NCBI GenBank assembly: GCA_963779755.1
Contig: CAVZZO010000003.1
Location: 480,001 to 544,000 of the forward strand
Source of the DNA: an uncultured Gemmatimonadales bacterium
GTDB taxonomy: Bacteria > Gemmatimonadota > Gemmatimonadetes > Gemmatimonadales > GWC2-71-9
Direction: 5' to 3'
Length of the DNA stretch: 64,000 nt
In this document: positions 51,624-60,966 of the stretch, piece after piece
How positions within the stretch are numbered: position 1 is the first letter of the stretch
Layout of the letters: every line of letters starts with the position of its first letter
The notes under the pieces: model-generated
Seen by the model: only the letters and a program-made list of their open reading frames with translations
What the model was told of the DNA's origin: nothing
The model's database searches: none
Program-made: the position numbers and the translations under genes

Positions 51624-52809
51624 ATCCCCCCCCTTCCTGCCTCTGGTACCGCCGTATCGCGCTGATCCCCATCGCCGGGCCCAGCGCCAGCACCGGAAAG
51701 GCCCATCGCCACCCCGCCGACTCGGCGAGATGCGGCACCAGCTCGATCGTCACCGTGGTGAGCAGAAATCCCAGGGAGGTCTGCAGGGTCAGCGCGGTCC
51801 CGACGGCGTGGGGCGGGGCCACTTCGGTCACCATGGCACTGAACTGGGCGGAATCGGCCACCACAAAGAAGCCCCAGATTACCGTGACCAGCCCCACCAG
51901 CCAGAGGGGCGCGCCGAACAGAAACCCGACCAGAAGAGAGATGAATCCGCTCACCGCCATCGCCAGGTTCACCGTGCGCCCATATCCCCACCGGCCAGCG
52001 ACCCAACCACCCCAGACACAGCCCGCACCGCCGGCGGCAATGGTGAGAAAGGCCAGCACGCTCACCGGTCCCGCCGCCCGGCCTGCGGGTACGCCCGCGG
52101 CGGCCGCGCTGGCGGCCAGAAACACGGGCGCCCAGGTCCACATGGCATACAGCTCCCACATGTGCCCCAGGTAGCCGCCGATGGCCAGCCGGGTCTCCCG
52201 GTGCCGCAGCACCAGGCCAACCAGCCCCCAGTGGAAGGGACGGCGTGGAAAGGGAGCCGGGCCATCCCGATACCCGGCGAGAACGAGCAGACCCCCGATG
52301 GCAGCGGCCGTGCTGGCCGCCAGCAGCACCCCGTTGGCAGAGGCGTGGGGCAGAGCCTTGATCAGATAAGGGGTCGCCTTCCCCACCGTCAGGGCGCCGA
52401 CGATAGTACCGATCGCTAGGCCTCTGCCGTTCCGGAACCAGGTTGAGATCATCTTCATGGCCGGCGGATAGACCCCAGCCAGGAAGAAGCCGGTCAGAAA
52501 CCGGCCCGCCAGCCCTCCGGCCGGGCCCATCGCGAGCGCCACCCCGGCGTTGGCCAGGGCCGCGCCGAGGGCACTGGCGCCGAAATACAGCCGGGCGGGA
52601 ACGAGATCGGCCAGGTTGAGCACCGCCGCCAGCGCGGTCCCCGCGACGAATCCCAGCTGCACCACCCCGGTCACCCAGGCGGTATCGGTGGCGCTCATCC
52701 CCCAGCGGCTGCCCAGGGCGCCGGCCACCGCGCTCCCCGCAAACCAGAGCGACATGCCGAGCAGCTCGGCAAGGGAAAGGAGGGCGAGGGCGGTGGACTT
52801 CCGTCGCAT
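51622..52809 (-). CDS. MFS transporter
   Basis: About 12 TM helices; SLWF, GVYPPAMK, GYLGHMWELYAMW, ADSAQFS. Confidence 0.9.
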   Translation of the reverse strand: MRRKSTALALLSLAELLGMSLWFAGSAVAGALGSRWGMSATDTAWVTGVVQLGFVAGTALAAVLNLADLVPARLYFGASALGAALANAGVALAMGPAGGLAGRFLTGFFLAGVYPPAMKMISTWFRNGRGLAIGTIVGALTVGKATPYLIKALPHASANGVLLAASTAAAIGGLLVLAGYRDGPAPFPRRPFHWGLVGLVLRHRETRLAIGGYLGHMWELYAMWTWAPVFLAASAAAAGVPAGRAAGPVSVLAFLTIAAGGAGCVWGGWVAGRWGYGRTVNLAMAVSGFISLLVGFLFGAPLWLVGLVTVIWGFFVVADSAQFSAMVTEVAPPHAVGTALTLQTSLGFLLTTVTIELVPHLAESAGWRWAFPVLALGPAMGISAIRRYQRQEGGG

Positions 52810-52818
52810 CACGATCCG

Positions 52819-52896
52819 CTTGACCCTCTCGACCCGCTCGACCCGCTCGAACGCCCAGGCAGGTGGAGCGGGCTGAGGGAGTCGAGGAAGTCGGGG
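52819..52896. repeat. Inverted 9-mer array CTCGACC/GTCGAG (degenerate)
   Basis: Same family as 6711 and 46641. Confidence 0.75.
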
Positions 52897-52965
52897 TTGG
52901 GTTCCATGTGCAAGTCTCCCTTCCAGACGCATCTCCCGCCCGTCCAACAACCGGGGAGATATCCC

Positions 52966-55203
52966 ATGTGGCGCGCTGCCTGTTTCACGGCCGCCCTGGC
53001 GCTGGCGGCGGGAAGCCTGTCCGCCCAGGGCAGGATTGACGAGGTCCGGCGTCCGATCGCGGTAGCCCTGCCGCGGCCGGCCATTGTGCGCACCGCCTCG
53101 ACCGTGCGGGTCACGGTGGACGGGAGAATCGCGAAGGTGCGCGTCGAAGAGCAGTTCCGCAATGTAGGAGGCAGGATGGCGGAAGGCACCTACCTCTACC
53201 CGCTCCCGGGGGAGGCGGTGTTTTCCAATTTCTCGCTCCGCATCGGCGATCAGGACATTCGCGGCGAGATGATGCGGGCGGACGAAGCCCGGGCGGTCTA
53301 CGAGGACATCGTCCGCCGCATGCGCGACCCGGCCCTGCTGACGCTCGAAGGTCACGGCCTCATTCGCGCGCGGGTGTTCCCCATTCCGCCGGGCGAGACC
53401 CGCCAGGTGGTGCTGGAGTACACCCAGCTGCTGGCCCGTGAGGGCGACGCCCTCCGGTTCCGCTATGCCATCGGCGATCGCGGCGTCCGGCAGGCCCGGG
53501 GCGATCGGGTCGTGGATGCCGGCGGCAGCTTCGCGTTACAGGTGTTCCTGCCCGACTCGCTCGGCATCGAGACCCCCTACTCGCCGACCCACACCATCCG
53601 CACCCGACATGAGCACGGCCGGACGGTCGTCACGCTGGATCCCGAAGCCTCGGGGGATGTGGAGCTGTTTCTCCCGCTCAGCAAGGGACTGGTCGGCACC
53701 AGTCTGGTCACCCACGCCGATGCCGGCGAGCGCGGCTATTTCATGCTGCTCATTGCGCCGCCCGCCGCTGCCGCCGGCCGGCAGGTGGCCCGGGACCTGA
53801 CCCTGGTGGTGGACGTCTCCGGATCCATGTCCGGCACCAAACTGGAGCAAGCCCGCACCGCACTTCTGCAGGCGCTGGGGACACTGCGCCAGGGCGATCG
53901 CTTCCAGCTCATCGCCTTCTCCGGCGACGTGCGCCGGTTCCGCGCCGGCTATACCGCCGCCACGCCGGAGGCGCTGGCCGCGGCCCGCGAGTTCGTCACC
54001 GCGCTCGAGGCGGGCGGCGGCACCAACATCGCCGGTGCGCTCGATGCCGCCCTCGCGGCCACTCCCGACCCGGACCATCTGCCGCTGGTGGTGTTTCTCA
54101 CCGACGGGCTCCCCAGTGTCGGCGAGCGCGCGCCGGACCGGATTGCCGATGCGGCCGGCGCCAGAATCGGCGCGCAGCGGATCTTCACCGTGGGGGTGGG
54201 CCAGGACGTGAACACCTATCTGCTCGATCGCCTGGCCCGCGAAGGCCGCGGCTCGGCGGAGTACATACCGCCGGGAGGCGATGTGGAGGTGGCCGTCGGC
54301 AGCCTGATGGGCAAGATCCAGCATCCGGCGCTGGTGAATCTCCACATCGTGCGAAGCCCGGTCCGGTTCACGCAGCCCTACCCCGCCACGCTGCCCGATC
54401 TCTTCTATGGCGAGGAGCTGGTGGTGTTCGGGCGGTATCATGGCAGCGGGTCGGGGGACGTGGTGGTGGAGGGCGAGCGGAACGGCCGGACCGAGCGCTT
54501 CCGGGTGAGCGCGAAATTCCCCGAAACGGAAACCGGCAGCGAGTTCATCCCCCGGCTCTGGGCCAGCCGGCGGATCGGCGATCTTACCCGGCAGGCGCGG
54601 CTGGAAGGCGCCTCGCCCGCGATCGTCTCGGAGATCCGCGAGCTGGGGCTGCGCTACGGCATCATGACCGAATACACCAGCTACCTGGTGCTGGAGCCGG
54701 GCGCGCGGCGGGATGAGGCGGCGACCTTCATCGACGGCATCCCGGCGACCCCAGGTACCCGCAGCAACGCGTTCGCGGCGGCACCCGCGGCCCAGACCGG
54801 CGCCGTGGCATTCGAGCGAGCCCAGGCCAGTTCCAGGCTGGTCGCCACCAAGAGCCTGGACCAGGCGGATGAGGCCGCCAGGGATCGCATGCATGTCCTC
54901 ACGATCCGCGACGGCAATGCCCAGCCGGTACGCCGCGTCGGTGGCCGGATCTTTGCGCTGCGAGACAGCGTCTGGACGGATCTGGCGCACCAGGATAGCG
55001 TGCGGATAGTCGAGATCTCCCCTTTCAGCGATGCCTACTTCAGGGCGGTGCGCGCCATGCCCGAGCTGACCCCCTTCCTGGCGGCAGGCGACCGGGTCCT
55101 GATTGCCGGCCGGCGGGTGAGTATCCGGATTACACCGGGGGCGAAAGACTCATTCTCCGCCGGGGAGCTGCAGAACCTGGTGCGCGACTTCCGGGGGCAA
55201 TGA
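52966..55203 (+). CDS. Secreted VIT + vWA domain protein (inter-alpha-trypsin inhibitor-like)
   Basis: Signal peptide; VIT (EGTYLYPLP, RDPALL); MIDAS DVSGSM, GGTN, FLTDG; TEYTSYLV. Confidence 0.9.
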   Translation: MWRAACFTAALALAAGSLSAQGRIDEVRRPIAVALPRPAIVRTASTVRVTVDGRIAKVRVEEQFRNVGGRMAEGTYLYPLPGEAVFSNFSLRIGDQDIRGEMMRADEARAVYEDIVRRMRDPALLTLEGHGLIRARVFPIPPGETRQVVLEYTQLLAREGDALRFRYAIGDRGVRQARGDRVVDAGGSFALQVFLPDSLGIETPYSPTHTIRTRHEHGRTVVTLDPEASGDVELFLPLSKGLVGTSLVTHADAGERGYFMLLIAPPAAAAGRQVARDLTLVVDVSGSMSGTKLEQARTALLQALGTLRQGDRFQLIAFSGDVRRFRAGYTAATPEALAAAREFVTALEAGGGTNIAGALDAALAATPDPDHLPLVVFLTDGLPSVGERAPDRIADAAGARIGAQRIFTVGVGQDVNTYLLDRLAREGRGSAEYIPPGGDVEVAVGSLMGKIQHPALVNLHIVRSPVRFTQPYPATLPDLFYGEELVVFGRYHGSGSGDVVVEGERNGRTERFRVSAKFPETETGSEFIPRLWASRRIGDLTRQARLEGASPAIVSEIRELGLRYGIMTEYTSYLVLEPGARRDEAATFIDGIPATPGTRSNAFAAAPAAQTGAVAFERAQASSRLVATKSLDQADEAARDRMHVLTIRDGNAQPVRRVGGRIFALRDSVWTDLAHQDSVRIVEISPFSDAYFRAVRAMPELTPFLAAGDRVLIAGRRVSIRITPGAKDSFSAGELQNLVRDFRGQ

Positions 55204-55697
55204 CCACATCGCTGGATACCTTGTATCGCGAATATCACGCGTCGCTCGTCCGCATGATCTACCGCCGGACGGGCGATGCGGATCGCGCAGAGGACCTGGC
55301 GCAGGAGGTGTTTGCCCGCGCCGCCGCCGCCCCGCCGCACAACCCGCGCCCCTGGCTCTTTGCGGTGGCGCTCAACCTGGTGCGGGAAGACGGCCGACGT
55401 TCGGTGCGGCAGGGCCGCCGGCTGCAGCTGCTCAAGGCGGAGCTGCCGCAGTCCACCCCGGCGCCGGATCAGGAATTCGATCGCAACGAAAAGACCGCCG
55501 CGGTGCGCGCGGCCCTGGCCCAGCTGACGGAGCGGGATCGCGAGGCGTTGCTGCTCAAGGCCGAAGGATTCAACTACGACGAAATCGCCGCCACACTGGG
55601 GCTGGCGAAAGGTGCGGTGGGCACCACCCTGGCGCGGGCGCGCCGGCGGCTGGTGGAAGCCTTCCGCGCGGGAGCGAAGGACCATGCAGCATCTTGA
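55200..55697 (+). CDS. ECF sigma-70 factor
   Basis: AEDLAQEVF, WLFAVALN, YDEIAATLG, TLARARRRL. Confidence 0.92.
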   Translation: MTTSLDTLYREYHASLVRMIYRRTGDADRAEDLAQEVFARAAAAPPHNPRPWLFAVALNLVREDGRRSVRQGRRLQLLKAELPQSTPAPDQEFDRNEKTAAVRAALAQLTERDREALLLKAEGFNYDEIAATLGLAKGAVGTTLARARRRLVEAFRAGAKDHAAS

Positions 55698-56829
55698 CGA
55701 CGGCGTGCTCAACGCCCTGCTCGACGGCGAGCTGACCGGCGCGGAACGCGCCGAAGCCGACCGGCACCTCGAATCCTGCCAGGAATGCCGCGACCGACTG
55801 GCGGAAGCGCGGGCGTTCATGGCGGAGGCCGATGGGCTGGTGGAGGCGCTGGAAGCGCCTCCAGCCAGGGAGAAACGGGAAACGGGAATGGGGAAGGATC
55901 GAGACCCCGGAATTCGTCCCAGGCGGATGGACTACCGTGCTCTGGCCTGGGCAGCCACCGTGGTGCTGGCCCTGGGGCTCGGCTATGTGGGCGGCGCGCG
56001 TCTGCACCTGCCCGTCTCCCCGGAAGAACAGCAGGCCCTGGAGCAGCCCCGGCGGCAGGCGGCCGATCGCGCCGTCACTCCGGAGCACCGCGAGGCAGTT
56101 CCGCCCGCGGCGCCCCAGCCGACGACCGAAAAGGGAGCAAAACAGTCGGCCGTCGAGGTCCCCTCACCCACGCCCACGGCGGAAGTACCCGCGACCGCGG
56201 AGCCGGGGCAGCCCACTCAAGGGAAAACCGCGGAAGGTGCTCCGCGGGGAGACCTCGCGGTCAGCCCCGAGTCTCCCGCCGAGACCATCCTCAGTATCGA
56301 GAAAGGCCGCCGCGACGAGTCGGCCGCCTACATCGATGGCGTTCCCACCAGCGCGGAATACCGGGGCAACGCCTTCGCTCCCGCGCCGTCCGCGGCCGCA
56401 CGGGTACTGGCGCCCCGGGACCAGCTGGCCGGTGCCGCCCCCAGCGACGGAGGGCAGTTCCGGCGCATCACCTGGGATACCGCGATCACCGTGCTGGGCG
56501 GTGCGGTTCGGCTGATCGATGGCCTGACGCCGAACGAACTGGGCATGGCGGACGGCGGTGCCGTGGGGGGGTTTGAAACCGGCCGCCCGGTGGTGCGTAT
56601 CAGGTACCTGTTCGGGGGGCGGGATACCCTCGATCTGCTCGAACAGCGGCTTTCCGCAGTGCGGCAAGAACGCAAGACAGCCATGGATTCTGCGATGGTG
56701 CTGGCCGAGAGGGCCCTCCCGGGCGGGGGCTCGGAAGTCCGCTGGCGGGCACCGGGGGGCTTCCTACTCGTGCTACGGTCTGCACTTACGGCCGAAAGGC
56801 TGGCGGAGCTGGCCGCCCGGGTCAGGTAA
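55684..56829 (+). CDS. zf-HC2 anti-sigma factor, single TM
   Basis: H...LLDGEL...HLESCQEC (ZAS), TM ALAWAATVVLALGLGY. Confidence 0.88.
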   Translation: MQHLDDGVLNALLDGELTGAERAEADRHLESCQECRDRLAEARAFMAEADGLVEALEAPPAREKRETGMGKDRDPGIRPRRMDYRALAWAATVVLALGLGYVGGARLHLPVSPEEQQALEQPRRQAADRAVTPEHREAVPPAAPQPTTEKGAKQSAVEVPSPTPTAEVPATAEPGQPTQGKTAEGAPRGDLAVSPESPAETILSIEKGRRDESAAYIDGVPTSAEYRGNAFAPAPSAAARVLAPRDQLAGAAPSDGGQFRRITWDTAITVLGGAVRLIDGLTPNELGMADGGAVGGFETGRPVVRIRYLFGGRDTLDLLEQRLSAVRQERKTAMDSAMVLAERALPGGGSEVRWRAPGGFLLVLRSALTAERLAELAARVR

Positions 56830-57124
56830 GTCACGCTGTGGCGCGGTTTTCGCAGAGCAGGATTCACGTCGGATTTATCGAATTCTCATGCAGTCCACGT
56901 TACATTGGCACGTCGATTGGAGTAGTGAAAGGGCTGGAGCGATGGGCACCGTTGCAATGCGCAAGAAACGAATTTCTCCCTCGTTTTTTCGCGGGCCGGT
57001 GATATATTGTCCCTCGCTTTCTGGCAGGCCGTGTTTCTGACGCGGCCTTCTTTGTAGGGGTTGCAGGGGCCCCCGCGTGGGGGCGGGCAGTTCAAACACC
57101 ACCTTGACGCTGGAGGCAGTTGGT

Positions 57125-57703
57125 ATGAAGCGCATCATGACGGCGGTTGCTGCTCTGGCCCTCGTCTCACTGGCTGGCGCCGGCGCGCTTAACGCGCAGA
57201 CCCGGGCGAGCTTTTTCGTGAGCGGCGGCCTCACCAATCCTCTCGGGACCTTCAACGACATCGCGAAGCTCGGGTGGAACGGCCAGGCAGGCGTGCAGTT
57301 CGCCATGCCGAGCTGGCCGGTCGCCATTCGGGTGGACGGCATGTACGGCCAGAACACCACGGACAGCGCCGTACTTCCGGCCGGCGTGACCGGCAAAACC
57401 AAGATTTTCGCTGGCACGGGCAACTTGGTCTACCAGTTCAAGACCGCCAGCAACATCAAGCCCTACATCCTGGGCGGCGGCGGCGTGGCCAATGTGAAGG
57501 GTGAGGCGACCAGCGGCGGAACCACCTCCTCGGCCTCCGAGACCAAGGCGCTGATCAACGGCGGCCTCGGCATCAAGAGCGCCATGAGCGCGGTGGATAT
57601 CGGCGTCGAGGGTCGCATCTTCGACGTCTTCACCAGTGGCAACAGCACCACCTTCATCACCGTGAACCTGGTGGTCGGGTTCGGCGGCAAGGGCGGGATG
57701 TAA
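57125..57703 (+). CDS. OmpA/OmpW-like outer-membrane beta-barrel
   Basis: Signal peptide; KPYILGGGG; GGAGG RBS; strongly biased codon usage. Confidence 0.8.
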   Translation: MKRIMTAVAALALVSLAGAGALNAQTRASFFVSGGLTNPLGTFNDIAKLGWNGQAGVQFAMPSWPVAIRVDGMYGQNTTDSAVLPAGVTGKTKIFAGTGNLVYQFKTASNIKPYILGGGGVANVKGEATSGGTTSSASETKALINGGLGIKSAMSAVDIGVEGRIFDVFTSGNSTTFITVNLVVGFGGKGGM

Positions 57704-57719
57704 GTTCCGCTCCTCCGGG

Positions 57720-57760
57720 AACAGAACAGCCCCGCTTTCGCGGGGCTGTTCTGTTTTTTT
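57720..57760 (+). terminator. Intrinsic terminator
   Basis: Stem AACAGAACAGCCCCGC-TTTC-GCGGGGCTGTTCTGTT followed by a T run. Confidence 0.9.
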
Positions 57761-57777
57761 AGCTGCCGGCGATGCCC

Positions 57778-58374
57778 TCAGAACCGGGCGCCCGGCCCCG
57801 AGGGCGGCGGGATATCACGGGTCGGCTCCGGCGGCTCGATGATGATGGGTACCGACGGCAGGGGCGGCAGCGTAGACTGGCCCGGCCGGCACACCGGGCG
57901 CTGCTCCACCACCAGCACCGAGTCGTTCCGGCGGGCCATACGCCCCTTCTGGCTCAGATGAACCGTCCGGGTGCCGATGGGAGTATAAATCACGGCCTGT
58001 CCGGAGAGGACATAGGGCAGATGGGGCGGCTCGGAGTCGGGCAGGCTCCGCAGGGTCGCCATGCGGAGCGCGAGCCGGGTGGAATCGCGCATGCCGAGGG
58101 TGAACTGGTCCTTGAAGACGCCGCTGGCCACCGAATCGCCCGCCAGCACCAGGGCGATGGTCAGATCGCTCCCCTGGATGCTGAAGTCGTTCCGGTTGCA
58201 ACTGGTGATGATGAGCCCCAGGGTGGGATGCTCCCCATTCCAGTCGGGGAGGGCCACCTCCGAGAGCAGAAACGTGGGATCGTCATAGAGCCAGCCCCCG
58301 AGCGGGGTACACCCCGGCAGGAAGAGCAGTAACAGGAGGCCCACATCCGCGGCCCGGCGCCTGGTAGCGGTCAC
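57778..58374 (-). CDS. LEA_2/WHy-like lipoprotein
   Basis: Lipobox LPGC; N-x-N-D-F motif; Pro-rich tail. Confidence 0.55.
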   Translation of the reverse strand: MTATRRRAADVGLLLLLFLPGCTPLGGWLYDDPTFLLSEVALPDWNGEHPTLGLIITSCNRNDFSIQGSDLTIALVLAGDSVASGVFKDQFTLGMRDSTRLALRMATLRSLPDSEPPHLPYVLSGQAVIYTPIGTRTVHLSQKGRMARRNDSVLVVEQRPVCRPGQSTLPPLPSVPIIIEPPEPTRDIPPPSGPGARF

Positions 58375-58627
58375 CCGGAGACTTTCGCAATGAGATCAGG
58401 GTTCGTGTCGCGGCGGCCTGTCGCAGCACGATCGAGGGCCAGACCATGGGGAGACGAGCCAAGGTTCGCCTACCGCACAGCCCACCGGCAGCGCAATGTA
58501 GCGCAGGACAGCCATTTACGGCATGGCCGAGGCGGGCGGGCGCGGGCGGGCGGGTGTCGCAATTCTGGTACACAATGTCGTAAAGGGGGACTTCAGCCGG
58601 GAGAGGAAAACGCCGAGTATAAGAGGG

Positions 58628-59977
58628 TCAGTCCAGTCCCGCCCCATACTCGGAGGTGTCCTCATGCTGCGCGCTCGCCCGCTGGTTGCTCTGCTCCTGG
58701 TCCTGTTGGCACTCGGGTCCTCGGCCTGCGCCGATGCGACCGGTCCCCGGCCCGACAATCAGCCCTGCACCGAAGGACAGGGAACCGCGGGCAGAACCTG
58801 CCAGTAGCACCTGGACATCGAGATCCACCGCGCACGCCCGCTCGTCTTCTGGCGCGGGCGGCGCGGGCGGTCCATTCGCTATTTCCTGCTCGAGCCGGAT
58901 GATCCAGGCGCCGAGCTCATGGGCTTCAGCAATCTGTATGGCGATGTTCCATTCAGCCTTCGCCTTCTCGTGGTCTCCGAATCGCCAGCACGCCAGCCCC
59001 AAACGATAGTGATAATCGGCGGCCATCGCGGGAGGCATCCGGTCCTCCCGGCCTTCGAGATTTCTGACCGCTCGATAGTATCCCAGGATATCTCCAGTGG
59101 TACTGCAGACGTCGAGCAACTCGATGGCTGCGTTGGTCTGGTCTCCCCAATCCGAGGACTCGCGCTGTACTCGGCGCAAAGCCACTGAAGCGCCACCCGT
59201 GCACCCCAGAGCACGAAGCATTCCGGCAAGGTTCCCCAGGGACCTCAACTCCTCGTCTTCGTTGGGGGCCAGACGGACGGCCTCCCAGTAGCTGATGGCC
59301 GCGTCAACCGGCCGGCCCCGGTTCTCGAGAATAGTGCCAAGATCGTTCACAGCTGCAGCCTGCAGGTCCGTAAAGGAATGTTCCCTGGCCTCGACGAGCC
59401 CCTCCTGCGCCAGTCGCATGGCCTCTGGGAGGTTGCCCCGGTACCGCAGCAGCATCACTCGCCCCAGCTTGGCCCTGATGGCTATCCACGGATCCGCACT
59501 GACCCGCGCCAGCTCCTCCACCTCCGCCCAGGCGGCGGCGGCTTCGGACCAGCGCGCTGCCTTGCGGTAGAGGCGGGCGCGCAGCAGATGGATCTGCACC
59601 AGCGCCCTGGCCGGAAGGCTCGAGCCGGCCCACCGCAATGCCGTGGCCGCCACGAGAAGCGCCGACGCTTCCTCGCCCCAGTGCTCCAGGGCGACGGCAT
59701 AGGCGGTGAGAGCGCGGGCGCTCTCGCAGGCATCGTCCTGGCGGGCGGCAACCGTCAGGGCGTGCAAATAGGGAATGTCGGGGTCGGACTCGGGAGCCGC
59801 GGCCAGCTCCTGGGCCAGCTCCTCGAGGGCGGCGAGGTCCCCCGGCGGGTTCCAGAGGAGCCGAAGCGCCAGGCAGGAAAGCGTCGCCCCCTGGGTCGGG
59901 GTTCGCTGCAGGCGCTCGAGCAGGGGAGCAATATCCTGCAGCGTCGGCCGCTCCGTCGCGGCGTGGCCGCCGGTCAT
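58628..59977 (-). CDS. Cytoplasmic TPR-repeat protein
   Basis: Repeated TPR patterns (RARLYRKAARWSEA, LGTILENRGRPVDAA, YRLGLACWRFGDHEKAK); no signal peptide or HTH seen. Confidence 0.8.
   Translation of the reverse strand: MTGGHAATERPTLQDIAPLLERLQRTPTQGATLSCLALRLLWNPPGDLAALEELAQELAAAPESDPDIPYLHALTVAARQDDACESARALTAYAVALEHWGEEASALLVAATALRWAGSSLPARALVQIHLLRARLYRKAARWSEAAAAWAEVEELARVSADPWIAIRAKLGRVMLLRYRGNLPEAMRLAQEGLVEAREHSFTDLQAAAVNDLGTILENRGRPVDAAISYWEAVRLAPNEDEELRSLGNLAGMLRALGCTGGASVALRRVQRESSDWGDQTNAAIELLDVCSTTGDILGYYRAVRNLEGREDRMPPAMAADYHYRLGLACWRFGDHEKAKAEWNIAIQIAEAHELGAWIIRLEQEIANGPPAPPAPEDERACAVDLDVQVLLAGSARGSLSFGAGLIVGPGTGRIGAGRGPECQQDQEQSNQRASAQHEDTSEYGAGLD
58664..58807 (+). CDS. 47-aa lipoprotein-signal peptide (candidate signalling propeptide)
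   Basis: GGAGG RBS; MLRARPLVALLLVLLALGSSA-C; mature CADATGPRPDNQPCTEGQGTAGRTCQ. Confidence 0.7.
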   Translation: MLRARPLVALLLVLLALGSSACADATGPRPDNQPCTEGQGTAGRTCQ

Positions 59978-60243
59978 GCAGGCCGGCTGCCGCGTATGAA
60001 GACTGGGGCCGGCGGAGGGACCATGGCGCAATCTCCCGAATCAGGAAGCGCGTACCCAGGCAAGGCGGGCACGGCAGTCGCCTATGGAGTTAACCTCTGA
60101 ATTGGGGACGCGCCAGACCCTCCCCCCAAACGATGCACCCGCACGATTCCCGATCGCAAGCCGTCCGGGAGATCCTCCGGCCCTTCGCCGTTTGGGCGAC
60201 GAGAACGAAGATCTCCCGGACGCCCGCTACGCCTGCCGGCGGC

Positions 60244-60834
60244 TCAACTCCCCACTCGGACAGTGAAGTTCCCGTGGTCCAGCGGCAGGGGCTGCAGGTC
60301 TGCCCCGGAAGGGATGGTCCCCTGTTCACAGAAGTCCCGCCCCACCTGCGGATCTGCGTTCCGGAAGGCCAGCAGCTGGGTCGAAACGTCAGGGTCGGCG
60401 CTTGCCCCCGGACCGTTGTCGAACAACTCCATGGCAAAGGCCGTGTTTTCCATGAACGAAGAGCCGGCAGGTTTCACCTCCGAGACGAGCCCGGAGATCC
60501 TGGCCGAGTGGCCATCGGTTTCGATCGTGAGGCAATCAATCGGCCCGTGCAGGATGGTCGCGCCCACCACGATCTGCCATTGGCCGCTCACGCTGCCATC
60601 GGCCTGCTTGACGGCGGAGAAGCCAAAGGTACGCAACCCGAGACCGGGCGGAACGGGCGGCGGGAAGTATGTAATGTGCGCGCTGCCCGTCGCCGAGCCC
60701 GCCACCCCGGCGGCCCCCAGCGAGTTCACCGGCCGGCCGCCCAGGGCCGCATCCGGTGAGGCAGGGCCGAGCCGGTCGGATTGGCAGGCGGCAATCAGGA
60801 TCAGCAGCAATCCGGCGATTCCGATGTGCTTCAT
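60244..60834 (-). CDS. Lipoprotein of unknown function
   Basis: Lipobox IAAC. Confidence 0.7.
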   Translation of the reverse strand: MKHIGIAGLLLILIAACQSDRLGPASPDAALGGRPVNSLGAAGVAGSATGSAHITYFPPPVPPGLGLRTFGFSAVKQADGSVSGQWQIVVGATILHGPIDCLTIETDGHSARISGLVSEVKPAGSSFMENTAFAMELFDNGPGASADPDVSTQLLAFRNADPQVGRDFCEQGTIPSGADLQPLPLDHGNFTVRVGS

Positions 60835-60966
60835 GGCGCTCGCTCCCGCGTCTGGTAGGAAGGCCGGGCCGGCAGCGGCCCGTCATGCTTCCTGCCACGG
60901 TACCTGGCTGACGGCGGGGCTCGCTACCAGAATCTTGCTCTGCCCGGGAAAGGTGGAGGCCGGACC

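Noticed and set aside
56906..56922. sigma54 promoters (TGGCACGTCGATTGG; also TGGCACGCGGTTTCA at 36171)
   Set aside because: The -24 element matches but the -12 GC is missing in both
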